DNA of 64,000 nt from positions 1 to 64,000 of the forward strand of contig NW_024705102.1 of assembly GCF_018977255.1 (NCBI RefSeq), read 5' to 3'. Positions 1-12,637 of this stretch are shown in pieces. Each line of letters opens with the position of its first letter. The stretch's first letter is position 1. The DNA is from Callorhinchus milii. Lineage: Eukaryota. The position numbers and the translations under genes were made by a program. The notes below the pieces were generated by a model that made no database searches, had not been told where the DNA came from, and worked only from the letters and a program-made list of their open reading frames with translations.

Positions 1-230
1 GCAGGACACAACCTCCATCTTGTCACCCTCCACTGTGGGTCAGACACGGACACAGTGACACAGACCAGCTCAGGGGTTAGAGCCTCGCGACGAAACGCAT
101 AGCCCCTGTAGCTCACTGTTTAGATCCCTCGACTCACAAGCCACATCCCCTCTAGCTCAGGGGATAGACCAGTCCCCACACACCTCTACGCACACAGACA
201 CACACACAAACAGAGACATACACAGACACC
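1..230 (+). repeat. Inverted copy of the 44-bp SINE-head-derived minisatellite plus CA-rich tract
   Basis: cagctcaggggttagagcctcgc and cccctgtagctca are reverse complements of the 6620-7025 unit; followed by (CA)-rich sequence up to the gap. Confidence 0.7.
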
Positions 231-532
231 NNNNNNNNNNNNNNNNNNNNNNNNNNNNNNNNNNNNNNNNNNNNNNNNNNNNNNNNNNNNNNNNNNNNNN
301 NNNNNNNNNNNNNNNNNNNNNNNNNNNNNNNNNNNNNNNNNNNNNNNNNNNNNNNNNNNNNNNNNNNNNNNNNNNNNNNNNNNNNNNNNNNNNNNNNNNN
401 NNNNNNNNNNNNNNNNNNNNNNNNNNNNNNNNNNNNNNNNNNNNNNNNNNNNNNNNNNNNNNNNNNNNNNNNNNNNNNNNNNNNNNNNNNNNNNNNNNNN
501 NNNNNNNNNNNNNNNNNNNNNNNNNNNNNNNN
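231..532. other. Assembly gap (N run)
   Basis: Run of N. Confidence 1.
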
Positions 533-684
533 GCAGTCAGGAGTACCGTCCTTGTAAGTCGATTGGGGGATCATTTTTCCGGCAGTAATCCGAGAATTAT
601 ACAGCAAAGGAGGAGGCCATTCGGCCAATAATGTATATGCTGGACCTTTGATAGCTTCCAAATCAAGCCCACTAACGCCCACAA

Positions 685-925
685 ACTCCCCCCATAGCCC
701 TGATCAGCCCCACACTTCCGCTCTCTCACCAAAGGCCTGATGAACCCCAGTCCCCGAATCTCTCCCCACAGAACTGATCAACCCCACTCCCTCCGCTCTC
801 TCCCCAAAGGCCTGGTAAACCCCACACCCCCGCTCTCTCACTATAGCCCTGATCAACCCCATTCCCCGGGTCTTTCCCCATAGCCCAGATCAATCCCCAC
901 TCCCCCCGCTCTCTCCCCATAAGCC
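685..925 (+). repeat. ~37-bp minisatellite (cctgatcaaccccactcccccgctctctccccatagc)
   Basis: About 6 tandem degenerate copies; the same unit recurs at 2485-2820 and 4255-4590. Confidence 0.85.
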
Positions 926-929
926 TGGT

Positions 930-1301
930 TAAACCTGATCAAGATTCTTAAGGGGCGAGATAAAGTAGACACAGAGCGACTGTTTCCCCTGGTAGGAGAA
1001 TCTATAACCAGGGGTCACAGTCTTAATATTAAGGGTCAGCCTCTTAGAACAGAAACATTTCGTCACTCAGAGGGTAGTGAACTTATGGAATTCACTACCC
1101 CAGAAGGCTGTAGATGTTCAGTCCTTGAACATTTTCAAGGCTGAGACTGATAGATTCTTGAAAAATAGAAGGATTAGGGTATATGGGGATAGGGCAGGTA
1201 ATTAGAGATTGGTCTGAAGATCAGCCATGATCTTATTGAATGGCGGAGCAGCAACGAAGGGCCGAAAGGCCTACTCCTGCTCCTGATTCTTAGGTTCTTA
1301 T
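930..1301 (+). mobile_element. CR1 LINE 3' end
   Basis: ORF2 C-terminal remnant (KILKG..DKVD..RLFPLVGES.TRGHSL; FVTQRVVNLWNSLPQKAV), 3'UTR gggccgaaaggcctactcctgctcct and terminal ttcttaggttcttat repeat. Confidence 0.9.
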
Positions 1302-4300
1302 AACCCCACTCCCTGCACTCTCCCCACAGCCCAGAAAATTTCCCAACTAATTATCTGCTTCACTCTTGGAAGTTTATATGGAATCGCCTCACACAAGCCA
1401 TTCAGGCATCGCATTCCAGATCCCACCAATGGCAGTAATAATCACTCCCAAATAATCATTTTAAAAAATCATAATGTGTTCACTGGACCCCCGGCTGTTT
1501 GCAGGGACGTCGCTGAGCGCAATCGGCTGCCGCGTTTCGCCCCCAAATCACACAGTCACTACACTGTAGAATCAGACACACAGTGACTGCACTGTACCGT
1601 CAAGCACACATTCACTACGCTGTACAGTGTTTCATGTGAAGCGCTTTGAGACATTTTAAACCCCAGGATTATTGTTATTTGTGCTTTATTTTTTCACATT
1701 AATTATTTCTAATCATTTATTAATTATGAATCACAAATCACCAACCCGAGGTGCAGAATGATCTGAGTCTTCTCTGTCTCTCTTTGTCGGTGCCTCCTTG
1801 TCTCTGCCACACAATATTTTACCCTCTCTCGATCTCTCTATCTCTCTCCCTCTCTCGCTGTGTCTGTGTTGAAATACTCTCTGCCGACGTGTCCTGGTAA
1901 TGTCGCCCCGTTTCGCACTTTCACAATTGTGTGGTTTATGTCAAAACCACGGCCTGAACCCTCAAAACCGCCACCCCCCCCCCCCTCACAACTCCGCACA
2001 ACAGCCGAGCATGAGCATGTGTGTCTCACAATATCTTGTGTTTGTGTGAGTGTGTGTGTCAAAATATCTGTTTATGTGTGTGTGTGGGTGTGCGTGTCTC
2101 ACAATATCTGTGTATGTGAGTGTATGTGTCTCACAGCATCTGTGTGTGCGTGTCTTACTCTATCTGTGTGCGCGTGTGTGTGAGTGCGTGTTCTCACAAT
2201 ATCTGTGTGTGTGTGTATGTGTGCCTTACAAAATCTGTGTGAGTGTGTGTCTGTGTGTCCCACAATATCTCTTTGTGAGTGAGAGTCTGTGTGTCTCACA
2301 ACATCTGTCAGTTTGTGTCAGCTTACGTTTGAGCGTGTTTTAGCGTGTCTGAGCATGTGTGTGAGTGTGTGAGCATATGAGCGTGTGTGTGATTGTGGCT
2401 GAGTGTGGGAGCGTGTCTGAGCGTGTGTGTGAGTGTGTTTGAGTGTGTGTATAGTGTGTGATGGCTCTTTGATATACCTTCCATACCAACCCCACTCCCC
2501 GCTCTCTCCCCATAGCCCTGATCGACCGTACTCCCCACGCTCTCTCACCACAGCCCTCATAAACCACACGCCCCCGCTCTCCACACATAGTCCTGATTAA
2601 CCACACACCCCCGCTCTCTCCCCACAGCCCTGATCAACGCCAATTCGCAGCTCTCTCCCCACAGCCCTGATCAACCCCACTCCCCCCGCTCTCTCCCCAT
2701 AACCCTGATCAACATCACTCCCCCAGCTCTCTCCCCTTAACCCTGATTACCCCCACTTACACCGCTCTCTGCCCATAGCCCTGATGAACCCCACTCCCAC
2801 CGCTTTCTCCTCACAGCCCTGCCAACTCCCCAACTAATTATCTGCTTCTCTCTTGGAATTTGATATGGAAACGCCTCCCAACAGCCATTCGGGAATCAAA
2901 TTCCAGATCCCACCAATGGCAGTAATAATCCCTCCCAAACAATCATTTTAAAATGTCATAATGTGTTCACTCGACCCCCGGCTGTTTGTGGGGACGTCGC
3001 TGAGCGCAATCGGCTGCCGCGTTTCGCCCCCAAATCACACAGTCACTACACTGTAGAGTCAGACACACAGTCATTGCACTGTACCGTCAAACACACATTC
3101 ACTACGCTGTACAGTGTTTCCTGTGAAGCGCTTTGAGACATTTCACACCCCAGAATTATTGTTATTTCTGCTTTATTCTTTCTTATTAATTATTTCTAAT
3201 CATTTATTAATTATGACTCACCAATCACCAACCCGAGGGTGCAGAATGATCTGAAGTCTTCTCTGCCTCTCTGTGTCGGTGCCTCTGTGTCTCTGTCACA
3301 CAATATTTTACCCTCTCTCGATCTCTCTCTCATCTCTATCTCTCTCTGTCTCTCTCTCTCTCTCTCTCGCTGTGTCTGTGTTGAAATCCTCTCTGCTGAT
3401 GTGTCCTGGTAATGTCTCCCCGTTTGGCACTTTCATAATTGTGTGATTTATGCCCAAAACCACGGCGTGACCCCCCCCCCACCCGCCCTACCACCACCCC
3501 CCACAACCCCTCACAAGAGCCGCGCATGAGCATGTGTTTCTCACAATATCTTGTGTTTGTGTGTGTGTGTGTGTCAAAATATCTGTTTGTGTGTGTGTGG
3601 GTGTGCGTGTCTCACATATTCTGTGCGTGTGAGTGTCCGTGTCTTACAGCATCTGTGTGTGCGTGTCTCACTCTATCTCTGTGCGCGTGTGTGTGAGTGC
3701 GTGTTCTCACAATATCTGTGTGTGTGTGTATGTGTGTTACCATATCCGTGTGAATGTGTGTCTGTGTTTCTCACCATAACTTTTCGTGAGTGAGAGTCTG
3801 TGTGTCTCACAACATCTGTGAGTGTGTGTCAGCGTATGTTTGAGCGTGTTTCAGCGTGTCTGAGCTTGTGTGAGAGTCTGTGAGCATGTGAGCGTGTGTG
3901 TGAGTGTGCGTGAGGGTGTTTGAGCATGTGTGTGATTGTGGCTGAGTGTGTGAGCGTGTCTGAGCGTGTGCTTGAATATGTGTAAATGTGTGTGTGAGCG
4001 AGTCTGTTTGAGCGTGTGTGTGAGTGTGCTTGAGTGTGTGTAAGCGAGTCTGAGCGTGTGTGTGTGAGTGTGTTGGTGAATGTTTGTGAGCGTGTGTGTG
4101 TATGTGCGTGTGTGCTGAATGTGTGTGAGCCTGTGTCGAGTCAGTTTGTGTGTGTCTGTTTCTGAGCTACAGGGACTGTGACTTGCGAGACGGGGTGTCT
4201 AACCCCCGAGCTGCACCATAGAGTTTGTGCTGGCTCTTTGATATACCTTCCATACCAACCCCACTCCCCGCTCTCTCCGAATAGCCCCGATCAACCGCAC

Positions 4301-5237
4301 TCCCCACGCTCTCTCGCCATAGAACTCATAAAACACACACCCCTCCCGCTCTCCCCACATAGTCCTGATGAACCCCACTTCCCCTCTCTCTCCGAATAGA
4401 CCTGATAAACCCCACTTCCCCTCTCTCCCAACAGACCTGATCAACCCCACTCCCAGCGCTCTCCCCATAGGCCTGATCAACCCCACTCCCTCGCTCTCTC
4501 CCCATAGTCCTGATCAACCCCACTGCCACTGCTCTCTTCCCAAAGCCCTGATCAACCCCACACCCCCGCTTTCTCCCCACAGCCCTGCAAACTCCCCAAA
4601 TAATTATCTGCTTCTCACTTGGAATTTGATATGGAATCGCCTCCCACCAGCCATTCGGGAATCGCATTCCAGATCCCACCAATGGATGTAATAATCCCTC
4701 CCAAATAATAAGTTTAAAAAATCATAATGTGGTCACTCGACACCCTGCCTTTTCTGTGGGGACGTCGCTGGCCGGAAATCGCTGCCAAAACACATAGTCA
4801 CTACGCTGTGCCGTCAGACAAATAGTCAATACACCGTACCGTCAAACGCTCAGTCACTACACTGTGCAGTGTGTCCTGTGACGCGCTTTGAGACGTCTCA
4901 AACCCCAGGATTAATGTTATTTGTGCTTTATTCTTTATTATTAATTATTTGTAATAAATTATTAATTATGACTCACCAATCACCAACCCGATGGGCAGAA
5001 TGATCTGAAGTCTATTCTGTCGCTCTGTGTCGATGCCTCAGTGTCTCTGTTACACAGTATTATACCCTCTCTCTCTCTCTCTCTCGCTGTGTGTGTGTTG
5101 AAATCCTCTCTGCGGGTGTGTTCTGTTAATGCCTCCCCGTTTGGCACTTTCACAATTGTGTGGTTTATGTCCCAAACCCCGGACTGACCCCATAATCACT
5201 CACAACAGCCGCGCGGCATGGTGTGCGTCTCATAGTA

Positions 5238-5270
<33 letters not shown>

Positions 5271-6620
5271 AGTGTGTGCGTGAGTCACAATATCAGTGAG
5301 TGTGTGTGAGCGTGCGTGTGTGTTTTTATGAGTGTTTGAGCATATGTGTTAGGTTGTGTGTGTGTCTCAGAGTGTGTGTGAGTGTCTGCGTGTGTTAGTG
5401 TGAGCGTCTCTGAGCATGTGTGTGAGTGTGTGAGAGTGTGTGTCTCACAATATCTCTGCGCGCGTGTGTGTGTGTGAGTTTCTCACAATATCTGTCAGTG
5501 TGTGTCTGTGTGTCTCACAATATCTGTGTGCGTGAGTGTGTTTGTGTCTCGCGACATCTGTGAGTGTGTGTGAGCGTGTGTGTAAGCGTGTGCGATCGAG
5601 TACTTGAGCGTGGGTGTGAGCGTGTGTGAGTGTGCCTGAGTGTTTGAGCGTGTGCGTTAGTGTGTGTGAGAGTGTGAGCATGTGTGTGAGTGTCTGTGAG
5701 TGCGTAGGTGAGCCTGTCTGACCTGTGTCAGTGTGTGTGTGTGTTGAGTGTGTGTGAGTGTGTGTGTCTGAGCTACAGTGACTGCGCCTTGCGAGGTGAG
5801 GGATCTAACCATTGAGCTGCAAGGGCTGAGGCTTGCGAGGGGATTCTTTATTCTTATTTGCTATTTGTAATGAATTATTAATTATGACTCACCAGTCACC
5901 AACCCGATGGGCAGAATGATCTGATTCTTGTCCGTCTCTGTGTGTCGGTGCCTCCGTGTCTCTCTCACACAGTATTATACTTTCTCTTTCTATCTCTCTC
6001 TCTCTCTCTCTCTCTCGCTTTGTCTGCGTTGAAATCCTCTCTGCTGATGTGTCCTGTTAATGTGACCCCGTTTGGCACATTCACAATTGTATGGTTTGTG
6101 CCCCAAATCCCGGCCGCCCCCTCAACCCCTCACAACGGCCGCAGGTAACGTTGTGTGTCTCAAAATATCTGTTGTGTGTTTGCGTATGTCAAAATATCTG
6201 TGCTTGTGAGTGTGTGCCTCACAATATCTGTGAGTGTGTATGAGTGTGCGTGCGCGTGGGTGTGAGTGTGTGAGCGCTTGTTTGAGCATGTGTGAGTGTG
6301 TGAGCATGTGTGTGTGAGTGTATGTGAGTGTGTGTGAGTGTGTGAGCATGTGTGTGAGTGGGTGCGAGTGTATGTGAGTGTGTGAGCGTGTGTTTGAGCA
6401 ATTGTGTGAGTGTTTGTTTGTGAGCATGCATGTGAGTGTGTGTGAGTGATTGTGAGCGTGTGGGTGAGTGTGTGTGAGCACTTCTAAGAAGGTACTTCAG
6501 TGTGTGAGCTTCTGTGATCGAACGTGTGAGTGTCTGTGAGTTTGTGTGCGAGCGTGTGCATGAGTCTGTGAGTGTGGGTGTTCGTGTGAGTGTGTGTGTG
6601 AATGTGTGCGAGTATGTGTG
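1302..6620 (+). repeat. Tandem ~1.5-kb composite repeat, about 4 units (37-bp minisatellite, inverted CR1 3' piece, SINE tail, unique core, TG-rich tract)
   Basis: Core attatgactcaccaatcaccaacccga...gcagaatgatctga...tttcacaattgtgtggttt recurs at ~1725, ~3210, ~4965 and ~5880; cattccagatcccaccaatgg recurs at ~1412, ~2900 and ~4665. Confidence 0.9.
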
Positions 6621-7025
6621 TCTGTGCTACAGGGGCTGTGTTTGCGATCGAGTGGTCTAACCCCTGAGCTGAAGGGACATAAGATAGCGTGGAGAGGGGT
6701 CTAATCCCTGAGCTACAGGTGTTGTGGCTTGCTAGGCGAGTAATCCATCCCCAGAGCTACAGGGTCTGTTGCTTGCGAGGCGAGGGGACTAACCCCTGAG
6801 CTACAGGGACTGTGGCTTGCGAGACGTGGGTTCTAATCCCTGAGCTACATGTTCTGTAGCTTGCGAGGCGAGTGGTCTAACCCCTGAGCTACAGGGGCTG
6901 TGGCTTGCGATGCGAGCGGTTTAACCCCTGAGCTACAGGGGCTGTGGGGTGCGAGGCGAGGGGTCTAACCCCTGAGCTACAGGAGCTGTGGCTTACGAGG
7001 CGAGGGGACGAACCCCTGAGCTGAA
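6620..7025 (-). repeat. 44-bp minisatellite derived from the tRNA-like SINE head
   Basis: About 9 copies of gcgaggcgaggggtctaacccctgagctacaggggctgtggctt; its reverse complement matches the SINE head cctgtagctcagtggttagagcactcgctttgcaagc. Confidence 0.85.
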
Positions 7026-7027
7026 AG

Positions 7028-7420
7028 ACTCTTTTTCTTGGAAGCAACCTTTCTCTCACGCACTCTTTCTCTCACGCACTCTTTGTCTCTCACGTACTAT
7101 TTCTCACTCTAACACGCTCCTTCTCTCTCTGACGCACTCTTTGTCTCTCTAACGTACTCTTTCTCTCTTACATACTCTTTTTCTCTATCTCGTACTGTTT
7201 CTGTCTCACGCACTCTTTCTCTCCCTCACGCACTCTTTCTCTCTCACGTACTCTTTCTTTCTATCTCGCACTGTTTCTGTCTCACGCACTCTTTCTCTAC
7301 CTCACGCACTCTTTCTCTCTCATGCGCTCCTTCTCTCTCTCACGCACTCTTTCTCTCTCACGCGCTCTTTCTCTCTCACGCGCTCTTTCTCTCTCTCACG
7401 CGCTCTTTCTCTCTTTCATG
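7028..7420 (+). repeat. ~20-bp CT-rich minisatellite (ctctcacgcactctttct)
   Basis: Direct inspection. Confidence 0.9.
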
Positions 7421-7449
7421 CACTACTGCCTTTCCCTTAGCGCTGCTAC

Positions 7450-8030
7450 TTTGCGAGACTATATTGGGATAATTGAAATCCCCCATTATCACAACGCTGT
7501 TCGCCTTACATCTATCTGCGATCCGGTTGCAGATCTGCTACTCTATCTCCTTCCCGCTGTCTGGCGGTCTATAGTAAACCCCTATCCGTGTTGCCACTCC
7601 TTTCTTATTTCTTATCTCTAACCGGATAGATTCTGTTGTCGGGCCCTCCAGAGCCTCGTTCATTTCAACAGCTATAATTGTGTCCTTAACTAATATTGCT
7701 ACCCCTCCGCATTCTCTTTCTTCTCTATCCTTCCTGAACACACTATATCCTGGAATATTTAACTCCCATTCCTGCCCTGGCTTGAGCCGTGTCTCGATCA
7801 CTGCCACCACATCGTAAGACCCAACGGCCAGTTGAACCTGCAGCTCATCAACCTTATTTCCGAAGCCACGTTCAGAATTACTAATACTACCAGTTTAAAG
7901 GAATCAGCAGCAGCAGCAGGAGGTTTTCGACGTCCTTCTCTTGAGCCCGAGCAGCTTAATAATATACTCTCGAACTTATGGTGTCCCTCCGAACTCTGCT
8001 TCCGGACTGACTATCTCCCTCTAACATACC
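7450..8030 (-). mobile_element. CR1 LINE fragment, ORF2 AP-endonuclease N-terminus
   Basis: ORF 7538-7810: VAVIETRL..WELNIPGYSVFRKDR...GGVAILVK...IGVYYRPP, typical of CR1 endonuclease. Confidence 0.9.
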
Positions 8031-8649
8031 CTTTTTATACATTTTGGGGTGATTCTTCACAATTTCTGCACGTCTCTCCTGATTTTTGTTCTGATCGGAC
8101 AAAATAACAGATGTTTTACGAATATGTGTCCTCCTTTACATTACCTCCATTAAGTCCTGTTTGTGCAGGATACCCATAAGTTCGGCTTCAACCTTGATGT
8201 ATCATCTCATCTATAATCTTCCAGCTTGCTTTTTGCTTCCTATCTCATTAATTCATAGTGATTTGTCCAGTTATGATGAAGATCCTCTTGACGATTATAT
8301 GTATCCTGGAGCAACATAACCTCGATTGCTTACGTTTCCCCTACTTTTGCCTACATATTGAGCACACATCTGTCGGCTACCCAAACTTGTGTTTCCATAA
8401 TTGCTTCTTCCAAGATTCTGTCTGACTATTATCCTGATTCATTGCTGACAATCTCTACCATGCACCATCCGAGTTGGTTGTATTCGTACATCCTTCAATA
8501 CCCTTCTAATTCTACACAATCAACAATTGAATATGAATTTACATAGAAAAGATAAAACTGTTTTATAGTAACCCTAATATTTACTTTATATTGATAGCAT
8601 TTCCATACATTTCATATGGATACCGGCTACTTCCAATACTAAAGTGAAT

Positions 8650-8990
8650 AATGGAGTGGATATCGTGGAGGAGGATGGCGTGGTCTACATTGTTGAAAAC
8701 GTCAACGAGATCCAGGAAGAGGATGAGGCAGAGGGAGTCCTTGTTGAAGATAGATAGGAGGTCGTTTGTGACTTTGACAAGCGCTGGACTATGGGCAGGG
8801 GAAAAAACAAATGGCTGGACCTCGATGAGGGAATGGGCGGTGAGGTGTTACTCAAATTGTCCTGCAACATTGAGTTCCAGGACTGCGGCAAGGACAGGTA
8901 GGTTGGAAAGGGTGTGGAACACCGTTGGGAAAGTGAAGGGACCGGACCTATGATAAAACTCAGTCTTAGCTGTGTCCAGGTAATGGGCAT
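8650..8990 (-). mobile_element. L2 LINE reverse transcriptase fragment
   Basis: Minus strand reads [41 protein letters not shown], homologous to the RT of the L2 at ~61480-61610. Confidence 0.85.
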
Positions 8991-9334
8991 ATGAACACAC
9001 AGAGAAGGTCAGTGATAGCTGAAGGCATAAAGTGTGTGGAAATGTGCTGACAGGTTCATATATCAATATTAAGAACGTCTTGTCACAAAAAAATGTAAAT
9101 TTAATACCCGTCAGGAAAATATCAACTGAGAAAAATAAACTTCAAATGAAACATTATCTCATTCGCTGAGTTTCAAACCAATGGTCTCACTTCAATGACG
9201 GAACAGAGACAACTTCTTGAATATCATAGTCAGTTCCTTGCATATGTACAATGACTTCATCATGTTATTCAGAATTTGTAGATAGTCCTGATACTATACA
9301 ATTTGCCTTTATAGAGCATCAAATTGTTAGGACT

Positions 9335-9570
9335 TCACAAACACCTTAACTTTCATGAGCAAACAATGGCGCAGGGCGGGGATTGCGGTGTAGATGACCA
9401 CGAGGTGAAGAAGAGGAGGGAGGGAGACGGGGTCAGATTGGTTGAAATACCTCACGATGAGGGGGGGGGGAACAGGGAGGATATGAATCTGCCGGCGTTT
9501 GTTAAGCGAGGGGTGTGGGAGGTTTAGAGTGGCTGAAGGGGATCGCGGAATTAGGGCATGATAAGGCTGG
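9335..9570 (-). mobile_element. Degraded L2 fragment
   Basis: C-rich minus strand resembling L2 ORF2 in the region preceding the RT core. Confidence 0.5.
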
Positions 9571-10024
9571 GAGGGAATATTATTGTGAGATTTTGAATTT
9601 AGTGATGTGATTACATGGTGCTGCATATTGTAAGAACAACCACGTTGAATCCCGTTTAAAGAACCTCCATTGTACGTGGGATTTCACTCCACTTCAGTGA
9701 CGTTTCCCACAATTTTGATATAATTAAATATCACGCGTTGTTTCTGATAACATTTGATCATATGATGCCAGGCTCCCATTTCACATTGGTCACACCGACT
9801 AACAGCTCTGGTCCAAAATCTCTGATTGTCCTGAGACGTCTTTCCGATGGAGAGGGCGATATACAAGTGAAATTTGTTGTTGTTGGATACAAAGCAACGA
9901 GAAAGCCTTGTTGTTCGATAAAATTTATGAAATTAATGCCACACTCACATATGTTTGATCTGGGGGAAAACCGAATCCCGTCTTGAATTACTTACCGATT
10001 ACCCCCTCCCCTCTTCCACCAGAC

Positions 10025-11050
10025 GCAGCCACTGCAAGCCAGCTAGCAACTGATAAATAAGAGCCACAGCTACTAAACAACAGTCACAGCCACTGAACAC
10101 CAGCTAGCAACTCCTGAACACCAGCCACAGCTACTAAACTCCAGCCATAGCCAATAAACACCAGCTCGCTACTACTGAACACCAGCCACAACCACTAAAC
10201 TCCGGCCACAGACAATAAACACGAGCTCGCAACTACTACATAACAGCCACAGCCATTAAACGCCAGGCACAGCCAACAAACACCAGCTAGCAACAAATAA
10301 ATATCATCCACAGCCACTAAACTACAGCCACATAGCACCAGTTGGCATCTACAGCCACTGATCACCAGCCACAGCAACGAAACTCTCGCCACAGCTACTA
10401 AATAGCAGCTCGTAACTTTTAAATACCAGCCACCGCTACCAAACTCCAGTCACAGCCAATAAACACCAGCTGACAACTACTGAATACAAGCCACAGCTAC
10501 TAAACTCCAGCCACAGCCAGCAAACACCAGCTAGCAACTGCGAAATAACAGCCACAGCCACTAAACTCCAGCCACAGCCAATAAACACGAGCTAACAACT
10601 ATTGAATGCAAGCCACAGCTACTAAACTCCAGCCACAGCCAGCAAACACCAGCCAGCACATGCGAAATAACAGCCACAGCTACTAAACTCCAGCCACAGC
10701 CAAAAACACAGCCAGCATAACACACAGCTTAGCAACTGCAGAACACCAGCCACAGCCATTAATCACCAGCAGCTACCTAATTGCAGCCACAGCCAAAAGG
10801 CACCAGCCAGCAACTACTGAATGCCAGACACATCCATTAATCTCCAGCCACAGCCAACAAACAACAGCAAGCAACTACTGAACACCAGCTACAGCCACTA
10901 AACTCCAGCCACAGCTACTACACACCAGCTAGTAACTGCTAAACACCATCCACAGCTAACAAACATTAGCTAGGGGCCACTGAACAGAAGTCACAGACCT
11001 GCACAGCAGCTTCAGCCACTAAACACAGTCACTGATCACAAGCAAGCTGT
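10025..11050 (+). repeat. Degenerate ~19-bp minisatellite (ccagccacagctactaaact / acaccagctagcaact)
   Basis: Dozens of tandem ccagccacagc-containing units. Confidence 0.9.
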
Positions 11051-11770
11051 CACTAAGTAAACACATGCGCACACACGCAACCACACGACACATGAATACG
11101 CACACAGACAGGCACGTACACACATCGACAACCAGAAGCATTGAAACATAGGTAGGCACACACACGAATGCACACACAGACACACATATACACACTCATA
11201 AAAAGGTAAATGCAGAGACAGATACACACAGATAGGATACACTGACAAATACCCAAACACACACACGCAAACAGACACACAGAAGCATACACACAGTCAA
11301 ACACGTATACGCACATACACATAGACACACAAACACACACGCAACCAGACGTACGCTTTCGGATATACACAGACACTCAAATGACACACCTACAGAGACT
11401 AACCACCAGTCACTGCCAACAAACACCATTTAAGAAACGAAGAACAAGCTGGCAAACACTAAACTCCAGCTCTGGACAAATGAACACCAGCCTATACACT
11501 CAACACCAATCACAGCCAAGAAACACCTGCAGCAGCCACTGGACACAGCCATTGAACACGTCTAGCAGTCACTGAACACACATATGCACACAGACATCCT
11601 CAGACACACACACACAGCACACGCAGACAAGACACACACGAACAGCAACACAAAGATAGACACAGACACACGGAACCATACAAACGCATGCAGATACAAA
11701 TCGCAGGAAACTGTCGGTGTTTATCTGTGGGTGGCTGTCTGTGTGTCTGTCTATATGTGTGTTTCTGTGC
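11050..11770 (+). repeat. CA-rich low-complexity tract
   Basis: (CA)n/(CAGA)n degenerate microsatellite. Confidence 0.85.
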
Positions 11771-11877
11771 ATGACGGAGTATCTGTCAGATATCAAGTCC
11801 TGAATGAGATCTAACTTTCTACAGCTGAACATAAGCAATACAAAGACACCACACACACTGACAGCATCACCATCCAA

Positions 11878-12420
11878 GGATCACAATAATCGCTGGTAAG
11901 TTACTGAAGAATGATAATTACTGATCAGGCTCCACATTATTTCTGGAACAATCTCACGCTGAAAAGGTAACCAAATTGGACTTTGAGAGCTCTGCATGTA
12001 CATGTACAACTTACACACTTTCTTTCTGCGGGGAGACACAGTGACAGAATCAGTCACAATTGTGGAACAGCCAAATCTTGGGGACCAGATTATTGTTGTT
12101 GTATTACTGGAGTTTAACTAATAAAAACTGGACAGAGTTTGTCCATTGAGAGCCTTGACTGTTATGATGCATCTTGTGTGTTGAGCTGGGATTACACTTG
12201 TTGGAGCTTTGGCTTTGCAGTAAATGCCTCAACTGGGAAGTGTCGTTGATCTTAATTGAGGTGCTGCTGATGAGTGAGGTCTGTACTGCAGACCCACGAG
12301 TCTCATGGACCGAACAAGATGATTTGAACACCAGCACAGAGTGTTGACTTGATACCTAAAAACTGTTTTCAAACATGTCCTCTTGTAGCCAGTTCAGCTT
12401 CGAGGACAGTTCTTACCTTT
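11878..12420 (-). pseudogene. Relic GPCR paralogue: duplicate of the GPCR-1 intron 3' part plus the first ~25 nt of exon 2
   Basis: ggatcacaataatcgctggtaagttactgaagaatgataattactgatcag... aligns colinearly with 13516-14050. Confidence 0.8.
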
Positions 12421-12637
12421 CAACAATCATAAAAAGACTACAGCTCTCCTAGATTGTGGGACACTGTTGTGCGCAATTGACTTCTGCGTTTAGCCCATAA
12501 AATGCGCATTTAATGATCTTAGCAATATATGTGATAAGGCGCTATGTCGAATGCAAGGATTATTATTATCTACGGCTGTGAGTGGCTCAGGGAGCCACTG
12601 ATGAAGCAGTGATGGTTCCCGGACACAGCTATATATT

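Noticed and set aside
1838-6481. Many CV/HT-rich ORFs (also 11036-11877, 36674-37249, 43134-43505)
   Set aside because: Translations of TG/CA/CT microsatellites.
6620-7025. CRISPR-like array
   Set aside because: Units are contiguous with no unique spacers, there are no cas genes, and the context is eukaryotic.
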